DNA of 64,000 nt, taken from IMG/VR virus record IMGVR_UViG_3300042557_000330, positions 1-64,000 of that record; one strand, given 5' to 3'. Under the pieces are notes generated by a model. The model saw only the letters and a list, made by a program, of their open reading frames with translations, did not search any database and had not been told where the DNA came from. Made by a program: the position numbers and the translations under genes. Each line of letters begins with the position of its first letter. The first letter of the stretch is position 1. Positions 28,301-36,143 of this stretch are shown here, piece by piece. This stretch comes from a virus.

Positions 28301-31300
28301 TTAAGGTTTTGATTTATTTCTTGTGTACATCTCTGACCTTCAGTTAGTTTACTAGTAGTAGTTCCTTTATTACTATCAATAGATTTCTTACCTTCGATGT
28401 AAGAAACTTTTATCATCTTAAATCTATCTCCTAGATCATTGAAGAATAATCCACCTTTTTTAAATGTAATAGCATTTTTAGAGAATACATCATTAAGTTC
28501 TGGTCTTGCTTTCTTCAAGTCTTCTATTGTTTGAGAATCATTAAATACATTCTCAAAAACTGAAGGAGCATTGTTATCAGAATAAACTTGTTTCTTATTA
28601 CCCTCAACACCAATCAATGTATTCTCCTGGTTAGGATTGTCCACTTTAACTTGTAGTGAAGCAAGCTTAGAAACTTGTTTATTAATCTTTAATGTCTTAC
28701 CATCTAATGTACCAATGTCTTTAGCTTGTGGTAAGTAGTTATATATCTCACCTACAGCATCACCAAACTGTTGTCTTTGACTAGTTTGTTCTCCTGATTG
28801 AGGTTGAGATTTTAATCTTAAGTAATCAGCCATAGTGAATGTGATACCTAAATCCTTTAAGAAATTAATCATTTCTTCTGGTGTCTTAGGTAACGTTTTT
28901 GGAAACAAAGGTGAGTCAGCATTAACTTGATATGTTTTAGTTTCACTATTAAATCTAACTAATCCCTCACGAGTTTTAGCTAATGCTCTCATTTGACTAA
29001 ACCAATCTTGTTCAACTTGTTTAGTTATTGTAAACTGATTAGCAGGAGCAGTGTATACTTCTGTTCCTACAACATATTGTACAAGAGCATTTGGTTTTTG
29101 TTTAGTGAATGCTTGGTAGAAGTTTATAAATAATCTCCAGTCTTCAGCTTTGAATTGTTCAAAAGGAATAGTTCCTGTATCAAGATCACCTCCAACACGT
29201 TGGAAGAATCTAACATATGTAGCATCGTATTTAGCAAGGTCAACTAACTTGTTAACTGCTTTACCAATACTTGTTGTATTAGATATCTTATCTAATAACG
29301 TAGCAAACACTCTACTGAAGTTAGCCACCTTATATCCTTTAACAGAAGAGAATGCTCTCTGTGGTAAGTTTAAGCTAGTAGCATTTTGTTGATTAGTAGG
29401 CATCACTTCTGGAAGTGTGGCAGCAACAAACTTAATAGCAAATGGAGAAGTCTTTTTCCAATCAGTTGTAAATGCTTCTTGAGAATAACCAACACTAGTT
29501 ACATTCTCATCATTGATATCTACAAGATCTTCTTCATTAAAGTTCACACCGATTGTACGTAATAATTGTTTTGCTTGTGCAAACAATGCATTGAAACGTT
29601 CTTCTCCTAACTGCTCATATTTCTTTTCATTGATATAAGCTTGTTTGATTTGGTTGTATATCTGAGCACCTGTGATTTGTTGTAAATCATAGATGTATTT
29701 CTTGTTATCACCAAATATAAACTGTGCAGCACGAGCAAACATATCCTGTGCATATTCAGAAGCTTGTGTTTCTGTTATACCAGGGATTCTACTATATGTA
29801 GGTGGTCCTTTCTTTTGTGCTTCAGAGATAGTGAATTCTTTATACTTACCAGCATCAATAGCTTCGAAAAGCTCTTTAGCTAATGAAGGGTTAGAGTTGT
29901 TAGCTTTAAAGAAATTAATAATTCTTCTAAAGAATCTAAGAACTAATTCACTCAATGATCTAGCAGGAAGTTTACCCACTTTGAATTCACCAAAGTCATC
30001 AGCATATCTTTCTTCTATTTGTTCATCTGTAGCATCAGCATAATTGATTTTCTTACCAGAAGCTCTATCTATAAACTGTCCAGCTTTGTTTCTAAACTCT
30101 TCTTCAAGAGCAGTTCTCTCATCAGGAGATAAGAAGTGTTGCCATATAGGGTGAAACAACTCGTGATAACCAACTGTTCTTGGTCCAGCTTTGTAGAACT
30201 TAGCTACACCATCAACGTATACACCAAATGCTTTCTCACCATCAAATGTATCCACAAGATCATTTAACACTTCTAATGGAACACCAGGAAGGTTTTCAGC
30301 TTGGAATGTTTTTAATATTTCAAGTTCTTCATTAGTCATTGCTTCTTCAACAGAAGGTCCAACTCTCATGTAATCATCTTGAGGAAACTCTGTATCAGCT
30401 ACATCAATGTTATCTGTTTTCTCTCCAGTTTCTAAAGCAGATAGTTCTGCATTTTCTTTTAATTTATTTAAAATTTTTTCACTTAACTCTCTTCGTTTAA
30501 CTGCAACAAAAGCATCTACTCCTCTAAGGTAATCCTCTTTACCGTGTGTCATACCTAGTTTATTCCATTCAGCTATTGCTTTATCTTTTTCTAATATTGC
30601 ATCTATATAATCTTTTGCAATTGTATTTGGAATAAAACCTTTAATAGGAGTAAAATTACCATTTTCAAAATCTATTGTTCCTGTAAATTCTATTTGATTA
30701 TTAATTATTTTAAACTTAAAACCATTACGGTGAGGATTAGTTGTTATTTTACTTTTAAGTATTTCATTTAAATCTTTAACTTTTGAAGGATTTACATATG
30801 ATTTATCAGAAGTATCATTTGTTATTTCTATATCAGCTTTCTTATCTGTAGGTTGTTCTAAGGCAGCTAATGTATTTTTATAATCTTGTTCTGTTTGTCT
30901 AATGGCTTTTAATCCTGCATTGCTTCCTTGATAATCTTTAGAACTTCTTTTAGTTTCTTTTTCTATTCTATTAGGAATATCTGCTAATTCTCCTTTTAAC
31001 CAATTTTTCCATTTCTCAATTTGTTCTCCAGATAATTGTTCAACAACTTCTTTAAACTCTGGAGAATTTATATAAACTCGTCTGCTACCTTCTTCTGTTG
31101 GTATTCTAACATCACCTTTTTCTGTTTGATTTATTTTTAAAACATTATCTTCTTCAACTACAGGAGCTTCTTCTACTTGTTGTGTGTTCTGTATTTCTTT
31201 TAATGCAGCAATAAGTTTATCACCAACAAATGTTACCACACGTTGTTCATCACTAGCTTCTGGATCATATTTATCGATACTTTGTAATACAGTGTCTACT

Positions 31301-34300
31301 GTATTCAATATATCTGGATTACTTGCAGCAGTAGTAATTGTATCGTTAACAGTTAGATCTACAGCAATGTTACCATCAGCATCTAATGTTCCTGTAAACT
31401 CAACAGGACCACTTGCAAACTGATATGTTTGTGGTGTCTTACCATCCATCACATATTCTCCAATAGCATTACCAACAACTGGTTTAGCAACAACTGCTGC
31501 TTTTACTACAGGAGCAGGTTTAATAAGTGGAAGATCATAATCGATCAATGTAGCATACTTCTGCATGAAAGAGTAAGGAACACTTTCTGTAGGAGCAGCC
31601 ACTTTAGTTGTAAGTGGTGTGTTCTCACTAGTGCGTGAAGCTTTACCATCAGGCATTTTTGATGATAACAAATATGATTGATAGTTTTTCCAAACTCTAG
31701 CTACAAGTTCTCCTTTAGCATTTGTATCTCCTGTATACTCATAGAACTTACTACTAACATCTTTTATAGTTTTACTATTGATGCTATGATATGTATCACT
31801 AAGTTGTTTTACCATCTCAGCTTCTTTATTCTCAATATCTACAATAGGATAGTTTACACCACCTAAAGAAATAGTTCTTTTGTTTGTATCAATAAAGAAT
31901 TGGTTACCAGATGTTTGTGCACTCTTACGTAAGTATAAAACATTCTGTAAGTAAGTTAGATAGTTTACATTTATATCTAACGGTTTACCAGATACAGATT
32001 TTTCTTTGATATCATTAGCTAAAGCTTTGATCACTTGATACAATGAGTTAGCTTTCTCTTTACCTAATATAGTATTGTTTAATACTTCTAACGTATCATC
32101 ATATTGTAGAATAGGTATTCCTTTTTGTTTGAATGATATATTCTTTCCTTTATGAGAAACAAACCCAGCAGTGTTTATTTGAAGAAGTCCTGCTTGAGAA
32201 GATATTCTGTTTTCAGGAATCAATATTCCACCAACTTGATTTCTTTCATAACGACCATTAACTTTATTAATAATAGGTAATCCTCTAGAAACATTAATCT
32301 GGTACACTTTATATTGACCGTTGCTGTTTGCAAATAAATTAGCTCTCTCTTGTCTCCAACCATTAGCTGCAGACTCAAGGTTTTCTTTTTCACCTTGTCT
32401 GTATCTAGGAACTCTTTGTCCAGTTTTAGGATCTGTATAGTTGTAATAAAGATCTGTTGTAGGCATAGCTTGGAAGATAGCTTGATTGATATCAATCTGT
32501 GTACCCACTTCACCAATTCTATTTCCATCTTTATCTACAAAGAATGTTTTACCATTCTCATGTTCTACAAATACTTGTGCAACAAATCCAGTATCAACAT
32601 CGTTGATTTTATCTTCTGCAGTGGTAGGTCTACCAAACTGTAAGTCTGTAAGTCCTTCTAATCCTAATGCTGCTTGATTGTTTGGTGTAACTAGTATTGC
32701 ACCTATGTTACGTACATTTTTAAAGTTCTTAACGTTGTTTAAAAACTGTCTAGCGTTCTTAACATGTTGAGGTGCATTAGCACGATTCTGATCATTCTCA
32801 GATTCACTTGTACCTGATATATAGAAATCTTTCCAACTCTTTAAATAACTCTCATCATCTTTTACTATCTCTTCTGCTGTAGTAGTTTCTGTAGGTGCAG
32901 GCGTAGCAATCTCACCAGAGTTAAGTTCTACCTTATCCTGTTCTCTATCTATCTCATTCTTAGTAGCAAGTAATGCTTGCTCTTCTTTTTCTATAGCAGC
33001 ATTCTTTTCTTTTACAGACTTGTATGTTTCATCTATGTTGTTTGTTATAACAGCAATAGTTTCTTCTAATAATGTTTCGTTATTAGTGCCAAACAATCTT
33101 CTGAAGAATGTTTTTAATGAATTAACAAATGCTTCCCATGTAGAAGTCTTTGTACCTTTATATGGAATAGTTTGTAGATATCTTTGAAACTCTCTATTAG
33201 ATAAAGCTTCTGTTGCAAACTCATATATGTTTTTGAATGCGTAATATTCACCATCTTTAATCAATCCAGCTTCAGCATATTTGTTAGGATCATTCTTAAA
33301 TGTTTCTTTTACAAATTGAAACAATGGTTCTAGTTCTTTATAGAACTGTCCGTTTGTATCGGACAATGCATATGTAGTTAAGTCATGTCCTATCTCATGT
33401 AACAATACATGTTCTAAAACCATACTCCCAGTGTTTTCATAATCTGAAGCAACAGCTTCATAATTAATTCTACTTATTGCTGAGTTAGCATCTGCTCCAC
33501 GTTGAGAAACTCCAGGTGTAGATAATGTTCTATCACCTAATATAATTTTACTATCTCTACTAGTAAAGTTTAAGAAAGCTGATGCTAATTGTTTTTCAAG
33601 AGTAGTAGCATAAGGTGAGTTAGCAATCTTTTCTAACACTTCATACTTACTCTTCTCCCCTTCACCATATTGATTTACAATATCTTCGTAAGTTCTTTTA
33701 TCTGATTTAAATTTATTTCTACTCTTAGAAAAGTATTGTGAGTTATTTTTATCAGCAGGAGTAGTTCTAGTCTTCTTTCCTTCTGGTGTGAATTCTTTTT
33801 TCTCTCCAGTAGATGTATAGTTTTGAGGATTAGCTAAAAGATCTTTATACTCATTAACATAATATTTTCTTCTTTGAGAAAGTTCTATTACATCTTTGAG
33901 TCCTTGTTTTGTATTATCTTTATTAATTACATTACTAAAACTATCTGATTCATCTATTTCATATAACTGTTTAGCAAGTGCTACTGATGTATCATTAGAT
34001 AATTCAGAGTCTATTATTTCTTGTACGTTGATATTTGATTTTAATAAATCTAAAGATAATTCAGGAATACGTTTATCGTAATCTATAATTTTTGTTGCAG
34101 TGTATGAAAGTTTTTCAATTACATCATCAGAGTACTTTCTAAAAACTTGTCCAGTATCTTCATCTGTAAAAGTTTCTGAACCATATGTAGTATTTAATTG
34201 TTCGTAAACATCATCAAGATTGTTTACAAAAGTTTCTATCTCTGTTAATCTATCAAGAAATTGTTGTTTCTGATCATTAATGTTTCCCATTCCCTCTTCT

Positions 34301-36132
34301 TGAAGATTAGCAAAACCATCTTCGCTAGAAAGAACTTCTTTTTTCATTTCATTTATCTCATCAATCACAAGATCTTTTCTTCCATATTTAATTTTATGCA
34401 TTGCATAATTAAACATGAGATCAGTTTTCAAATCTTTTGATTCAAGAATATCATTTTGCAAAGCAGCATCTTGTTGTTCTTGTTGTAATACAACCCCTCT
34501 ATTTACAGTTTTCATTCTATCAATAAGAACATCTTTCAATAAAGGTGCTTTCTCTGAAGCTTCTATAAGTTTTTCTGTATTACTTTTTCTAATTTTATCT
34601 TGTTTATAGTTTCCATAAGCTTGCATTCCTCCTCCAGTAATACCTCCAAGAATACCACTTTCTATACCTTCTTTTGAAACTAATGCACCAACTCCTTCAC
34701 CTTTTTCATCTCTTCCATATAATCCATAGCTATACACTGTAGATGATAAAAAGGCATCAACCCAATCTTCTGCTGCAGTTGTTCTATTAGCTTTTTCAAA
34801 ATAGTTAGATGCTCCAACTTCAAGAGCGTATTGACCAATTTCTTGACCTGCCTCTTTAGGATCAAAAACATATGTTCCAACTTTCTTAGCACCCTTATAT
34901 AATTTATTAAACCTAGTTGGAGAAGGAGCAGCCTCTGTTAATTTCCCTCCTGTTCTAATAACATCATCTGTACTATTTCTAATAGCAGCTCTTGTATTTT
35001 TCCAAGAAGAACCTGCCAAGTAAGGAAGCTGTACATATTCTGTAACACCTAATAATGCAAGGTTACCAAAGAAAGAAGTTTTACCAAATTCTCTAACTGT
35101 ATTTTCTATATTTTCTAAATCCTGTCCTGATGGTTCTTTACCATTTTCATTAACATATTCTTCTATCAATTTTTCTTTTAATTGATTTCCTCCAAGAAGT
35201 GCTTCCATAGAAGCTTCTCCTGTCGAAGAATATAAAGCAACAAGCCCTCTTCTTCCAGTATCTCCAAATTTAGCAAATTGCGAAGAAGTATTCATTATTT
35301 TAGCTATCTCACTAGTTCGTCTTGCTGTATCAGCAATAGAAGAAAGTTCAGAAGTCAAAATACCTGCAGCTTCAATATTTTTTCCTCTAGAAAAAGCTCT
35401 TGATGTATTTCTTAATAGTGGAGTGAATAGTTTAAATGCTTGAGACATTTGTGATCTAGTTGCTAAAGATGCAGCAGTTCCACCAATAGCAGTACCTGCT
35501 CTACTTAACAATCCATTAGCAATATTACCACCAACCATTGCCCCTACAGCATATCCTGAATTTTTTATAAGTTTGTCAAATAAAAAATTAGAAGTCATCC
35601 AGTTATCCTTTTCCCACCACTGTGCATTCTGTTCTCTTTGTGTATAAAAGTTTGGAAGAAACTCAGCATCTACTTTTTCATTCCAAGCTTGTAATTCTTG
35701 ATTTACAGAGTTATTAAATATTTTAGTAGCATCTCCATTAATCATAGCTGAACCTAATCCATACAATGTACCAAATCCTCCTGCAACAGTTGTTGCTGCA
35801 AGATTTAATCCTTTAACTGTACCATTAAATGCTTTTTCATACCACTCTTGATTTTGAGCATATGCTTCTTCCCAATCATCACCAGGTCTTGTTCCTCTTG
35901 AATATCTAGAATCTCTAGAAAAAGAAGAAAGAGGGATGGCTGAAATTTTAGTATCAGGAGTATTGTTTAATAAGCTTTTAAACAAATCCATAGGATCTGT
36001 GTTTTCTTGAGTCCCTTGACTTAAATTTGGAAATGGGACATTTGGTGTTTTAGGAAGTCCTAAAGCAACAGCTGGTCTATTTATAAAGTTTTCAGTAGAT
36101 GGATTTGTATTTTCAAAAGGATTATTTTCCAT
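22390..36132 (-). CDS. Virion RNA polymerase polyprotein (crAss-type double-psi-barrel RNAP) with zincin, ASCH-like and NADAR domains
   Basis: RIPTQ...GSDFDIDKL catalytic loop (DFDID at 26071-26085); HEIGH at 33385-33399; HELFH at 30151-30165; LSNF..TVEGAYQA..LLATG..WG..LMEVR at the C-terminus. Confidence 0.9.
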   Translation of the reverse strand: MENNPFENTNPSTENFINRPAVALGLPKTPNVPFPNLSQGTQENTDPMDLFKSLLNNTPDTKISAIPLSSFSRDSRYSRGTRPGDDWEEAYAQNQEWYEKAFNGTVKGLNLAATTVAGGFGTLYGLGSAMINGDATKIFNNSVNQELQAWNEKVDAEFLPNFYTQREQNAQWWEKDNWMTSNFLFDKLIKNSGYAVGAMVGGNIANGLLSRAGTAIGGTAASLATRSQMSQAFKLFTPLLRNTSRAFSRGKNIEAAGILTSELSSIADTARRTSEIAKIMNTSSQFAKFGDTGRRGLVALYSSTGEASMEALLGGNQLKEKLIEEYVNENGKEPSGQDLENIENTVREFGKTSFFGNLALLGVTEYVQLPYLAGSSWKNTRAAIRNSTDDVIRTGGKLTEAAPSPTRFNKLYKGAKKVGTYVFDPKEAGQEIGQYALEVGASNYFEKANRTTAAEDWVDAFLSSTVYSYGLYGRDEKGEGVGALVSKEGIESGILGGITGGGMQAYGNYKQDKIRKSNTEKLIEASEKAPLLKDVLIDRMKTVNRGVVLQQEQQDAALQNDILESKDLKTDLMFNYAMHKIKYGRKDLVIDEINEMKKEVLSSEDGFANLQEEGMGNINDQKQQFLDRLTEIETFVNNLDDVYEQLNTTYGSETFTDEDTGQVFRKYSDDVIEKLSYTATKIIDYDKRIPELSLDLLKSNINVQEIIDSELSNDTSVALAKQLYEIDESDSFSNVINKDNTKQGLKDVIELSQRRKYYVNEYKDLLANPQNYTSTGEKKEFTPEGKKTRTTPADKNNSQYFSKSRNKFKSDKRTYEDIVNQYGEGEKSKYEVLEKIANSPYATTLEKQLASAFLNFTSRDSKIILGDRTLSTPGVSQRGADANSAISRINYEAVASDYENTGSMVLEHVLLHEIGHDLTTYALSDTNGQFYKELEPLFQFVKETFKNDPNKYAEAGLIKDGEYYAFKNIYEFATEALSNREFQRYLQTIPYKGTKTSTWEAFVNSLKTFFRRLFGTNNETLLEETIAVITNNIDETYKSVKEKNAAIEKEEQALLATKNEIDREQDKVELNSGEIATPAPTETTTAEEIVKDDESYLKSWKDFYISGTSESENDQNRANAPQHVKNARQFLNNVKNFKNVRNIGAILVTPNNQAALGLEGLTDLQFGRPTTAEDKINDVDTGFVAQVFVEHENGKTFFVDKDGNRIGEVGTQIDINQAIFQAMPTTDLYYNYTDPKTGQRVPRYRQGEKENLESAANGWRQERANLFANSNGQYKVYQINVSRGLPIINKVNGRYERNQVGGILIPENRISSQAGLLQINTAGFVSHKGKNISFKQKGIPILQYDDTLEVLNNTILGKEKANSLYQVIKALANDIKEKSVSGKPLDINVNYLTYLQNVLYLRKSAQTSGNQFFIDTNKRTISLGGVNYPIVDIENKEAEMVKQLSDTYHSINSKTIKDVSSKFYEYTGDTNAKGELVARVWKNYQSYLLSSKMPDGKASRTSENTPLTTKVAAPTESVPYSFMQKYATLIDYDLPLIKPAPVVKAAVVAKPVVGNAIGEYVMDGKTPQTYQFASGPVEFTGTLDADGNIAVDLTVNDTITTAASNPDILNTVDTVLQSIDKYDPEASDEQRVVTFVGDKLIAALKEIQNTQQVEEAPVVEEDNVLKINQTEKGDVRIPTEEGSRRVYINSPEFKEVVEQLSGEQIEKWKNWLKGELADIPNRIEKETKRSSKDYQGSNAGLKAIRQTEQDYKNTLAALEQPTDKKADIEITNDTSDKSYVNPSKVKDLNEILKSKITTNPHRNGFKFKIINNQIEFTGTIDFENGNFTPIKGFIPNTIAKDYIDAILEKDKAIAEWNKLGMTHGKEDYLRGVDAFVAVKRRELSEKILNKLKENAELSALETGEKTDNIDVADTEFPQDDYMRVGPSVEEAMTNEELEILKTFQAENLPGVPLEVLNDLVDTFDGEKAFGVYVDGVAKFYKAGPRTVGYHELFHPIWQHFLSPDERTALEEEFRNKAGQFIDRASGKKINYADATDEQIEERYADDFGEFKVGKLPARSLSELVLRFFRRIINFFKANNSNPSLAKELFEAIDAGKYKEFTISEAQKKGPPTYSRIPGITETQASEYAQDMFARAAQFIFGDNKKYIYDLQQITGAQIYNQIKQAYINEKKYEQLGEERFNALFAQAKQLLRTIGVNFNEEDLVDINDENVTSVGYSQEAFTTDWKKTSPFAIKFVAATLPEVMPTNQQNATSLNLPQRAFSSVKGYKVANFSRVFATLLDKISNTTSIGKAVNKLVDLAKYDATYVRFFQRVGGDLDTGTIPFEQFKAEDWRLFINFYQAFTKQKPNALVQYVVGTEVYTAPANQFTITKQVEQDWFSQMRALAKTREGLVRFNSETKTYQVNADSPLFPKTLPKTPEEMINFLKDLGITFTMADYLRLKSQPQSGEQTSQRQQFGDAVGEIYNYLPQAKDIGTLDGKTLKINKQVSKLASLQVKVDNPNQENTLIGVEGNKKQVYSDNNAPSVFENVFNDSQTIEDLKKARPELNDVFSKNAITFKKGGLFFNDLGDRFKMIKVSYIEGKKSIDSNKGTTTSKLTEGQRCTQEINQNLNGDYYILIPADGSTEWMMNLGNYISYTNVVGGRAMDEIHEIFRGYLDDDIALARDWKSRRSLENVGAKAKELRFFKEILEDYAPKQLEELNIMIDDAAATDAEFEDYISKNIDAINTAIDKTLQDLVNGTRDILLNYGEIVSAVKKSNDAENMYSYAGLDSGFVMKEGINKLKMTETQLNNTLMFVNANNYINNIEFHKILFGDPYQFKIKNGQLDATKRYKSFYSPRRTTFNSAEYNTFLNSQNEVDGIQLTPEDYGYHDNKDYATTVTLKDVELDTDNYTGVNEADAISLMSDVAYREVKNKNGQWSENAEAWHQWQMALTRYALSNKGVYKYTNKQLKASDEKRLLEEEPEYVIDITKPIVSGSQFNENQIKLVLDKTSQMPLYYSAVQGTNLEKLYIKMFNEKIDYVIMESGRKVGIEKTHSLYNQDGSFNDAPFAPDTQVLVPWSINGIQVETAYEGGTEQTRGSQPTKIVTMDMFDNGEETIEGAKEAFEEYNKALKDLDDNAYVELLSKFGVEDLGVGQFELLDPSIIAKTLENEMFRRKLSNNAKETIQLDENGQQRIPYESSPAYKQIKDIIYSMINKSLVSPKMNGGGYTQAAVTGWESAEQGRGIAIKEKDGYRKLSKEEFEALPADQKSKVVLTSDRLHFPTKEDPYLEVMLPNWMKKSLKGKFKNNADLIRELNRPENQGILRGIAFRIPTQSMSSMNAIRVVGFLPDYMGKTVIVPSEITSQAGSDFDIDKLNMYLKSVYVDENGRLHAVDYKGSEKATKDFYGKVYDGTIKKSIEKISNNDEFRAQLLDVLNAFEQTDIVVSKEQRLFYKNHEDIINEIISQADGLDVLPSEYMTNQIDALAKKTERLNSELLNKEMKDKYVKNMYKKALENRYFDAFEKLITLPGNFQNLITPVDDAGLKDISIELDRMRNNTDEKIKNRIINRNYLTRLRHAFLTGKRWIGIAAVNITGHALAQRMKLVMDIDKVANFLPDADRFFLGDRKINLPHNTTNIDGKEYTSLSGTKTADGSDKFISNRLSGYATSVVDIAKDPYIMKIVKSDSAISTFMFLERIGAGQNAIWFMNQPIVMEYLSSLESKGSKFLYNTKNINATRAKFGLSKVGSKYAKEEVYNVDSLKSNIETYANNKNKMLSEVQNREQGAILTDFLKYSKMAEYSFKFTQATNYDTTKFKNSDVFNRKSTKTDIARDLNIFTSIDELLDSSSIGNQKRLIDLAMKAVGSIVKLEQERFVDITNKVLNSFEKQDFIGDDDFSKIASKAKASFLDFIIQTKSGLNSRILELTTGDNSIAEQLAKAKVKYPGMKLLQDLVPESSKKVDGAQTIKLKVNLKEAYDENLYVEMMRELRELDPELYNNIVKVALLQGTYQSPLSINNIIPLEDYSKEIKPIIDGLIDNADTEYFANGGMFQKNNFKDEQIVPTITPRFTFPRDENFEEIEIILGEDPFGNDVYQYQTEMFETKFDDAENKRLVLTLSPMFDMGNGANSDFVKVPRVFVNKKGENVDLITGKTISSQAMKAMRMQGNTSLTDYYGYQKVKYSNGQPLLNFEGRYVYKLVNLLGDGNIVSEYYLDGRPSVLNNGTIKIDQELSDAKIIGYFDGNITEDVVSLPTEEVVESTSNQVVASVPQNKVSGVESYGSLVSANDEAIELLGPNPHSIDMIEAGVRTRTTRSDSEMKKYSVNVGDVIQNFGKSADGTTKTINARVTAIHPKGSEGWKGTWAKEGWRAEDVNVIDRFKDGAAAIEFEVITPKEEVVSLPTEVIAEPTQTFSGEKINIYAGTGENAELSNFANRPFKEDGDLSELYKDITGNVLVFNTVEGAYQAYKIFYSEKYSNEEKINLLNKFSKSTGSQAKQLGQTIEGLEIKDWNNNNSEIMKALLKNSFEQNPTALQKLLATGNATLTHTQDKGKWGTEFPRLLMEVREELRPEQVEQPGEQLDLFEQEDDSWKEENNDDSCVPF

Positions 36133-36143
36133 AAATAAAATAA

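Noticed and set aside
22390-36132. Introns or inteins in the RNAP or capsid genes
   Set aside because: ORFs are continuous, and no intein terminal motifs or homing endonuclease motifs were recognised.
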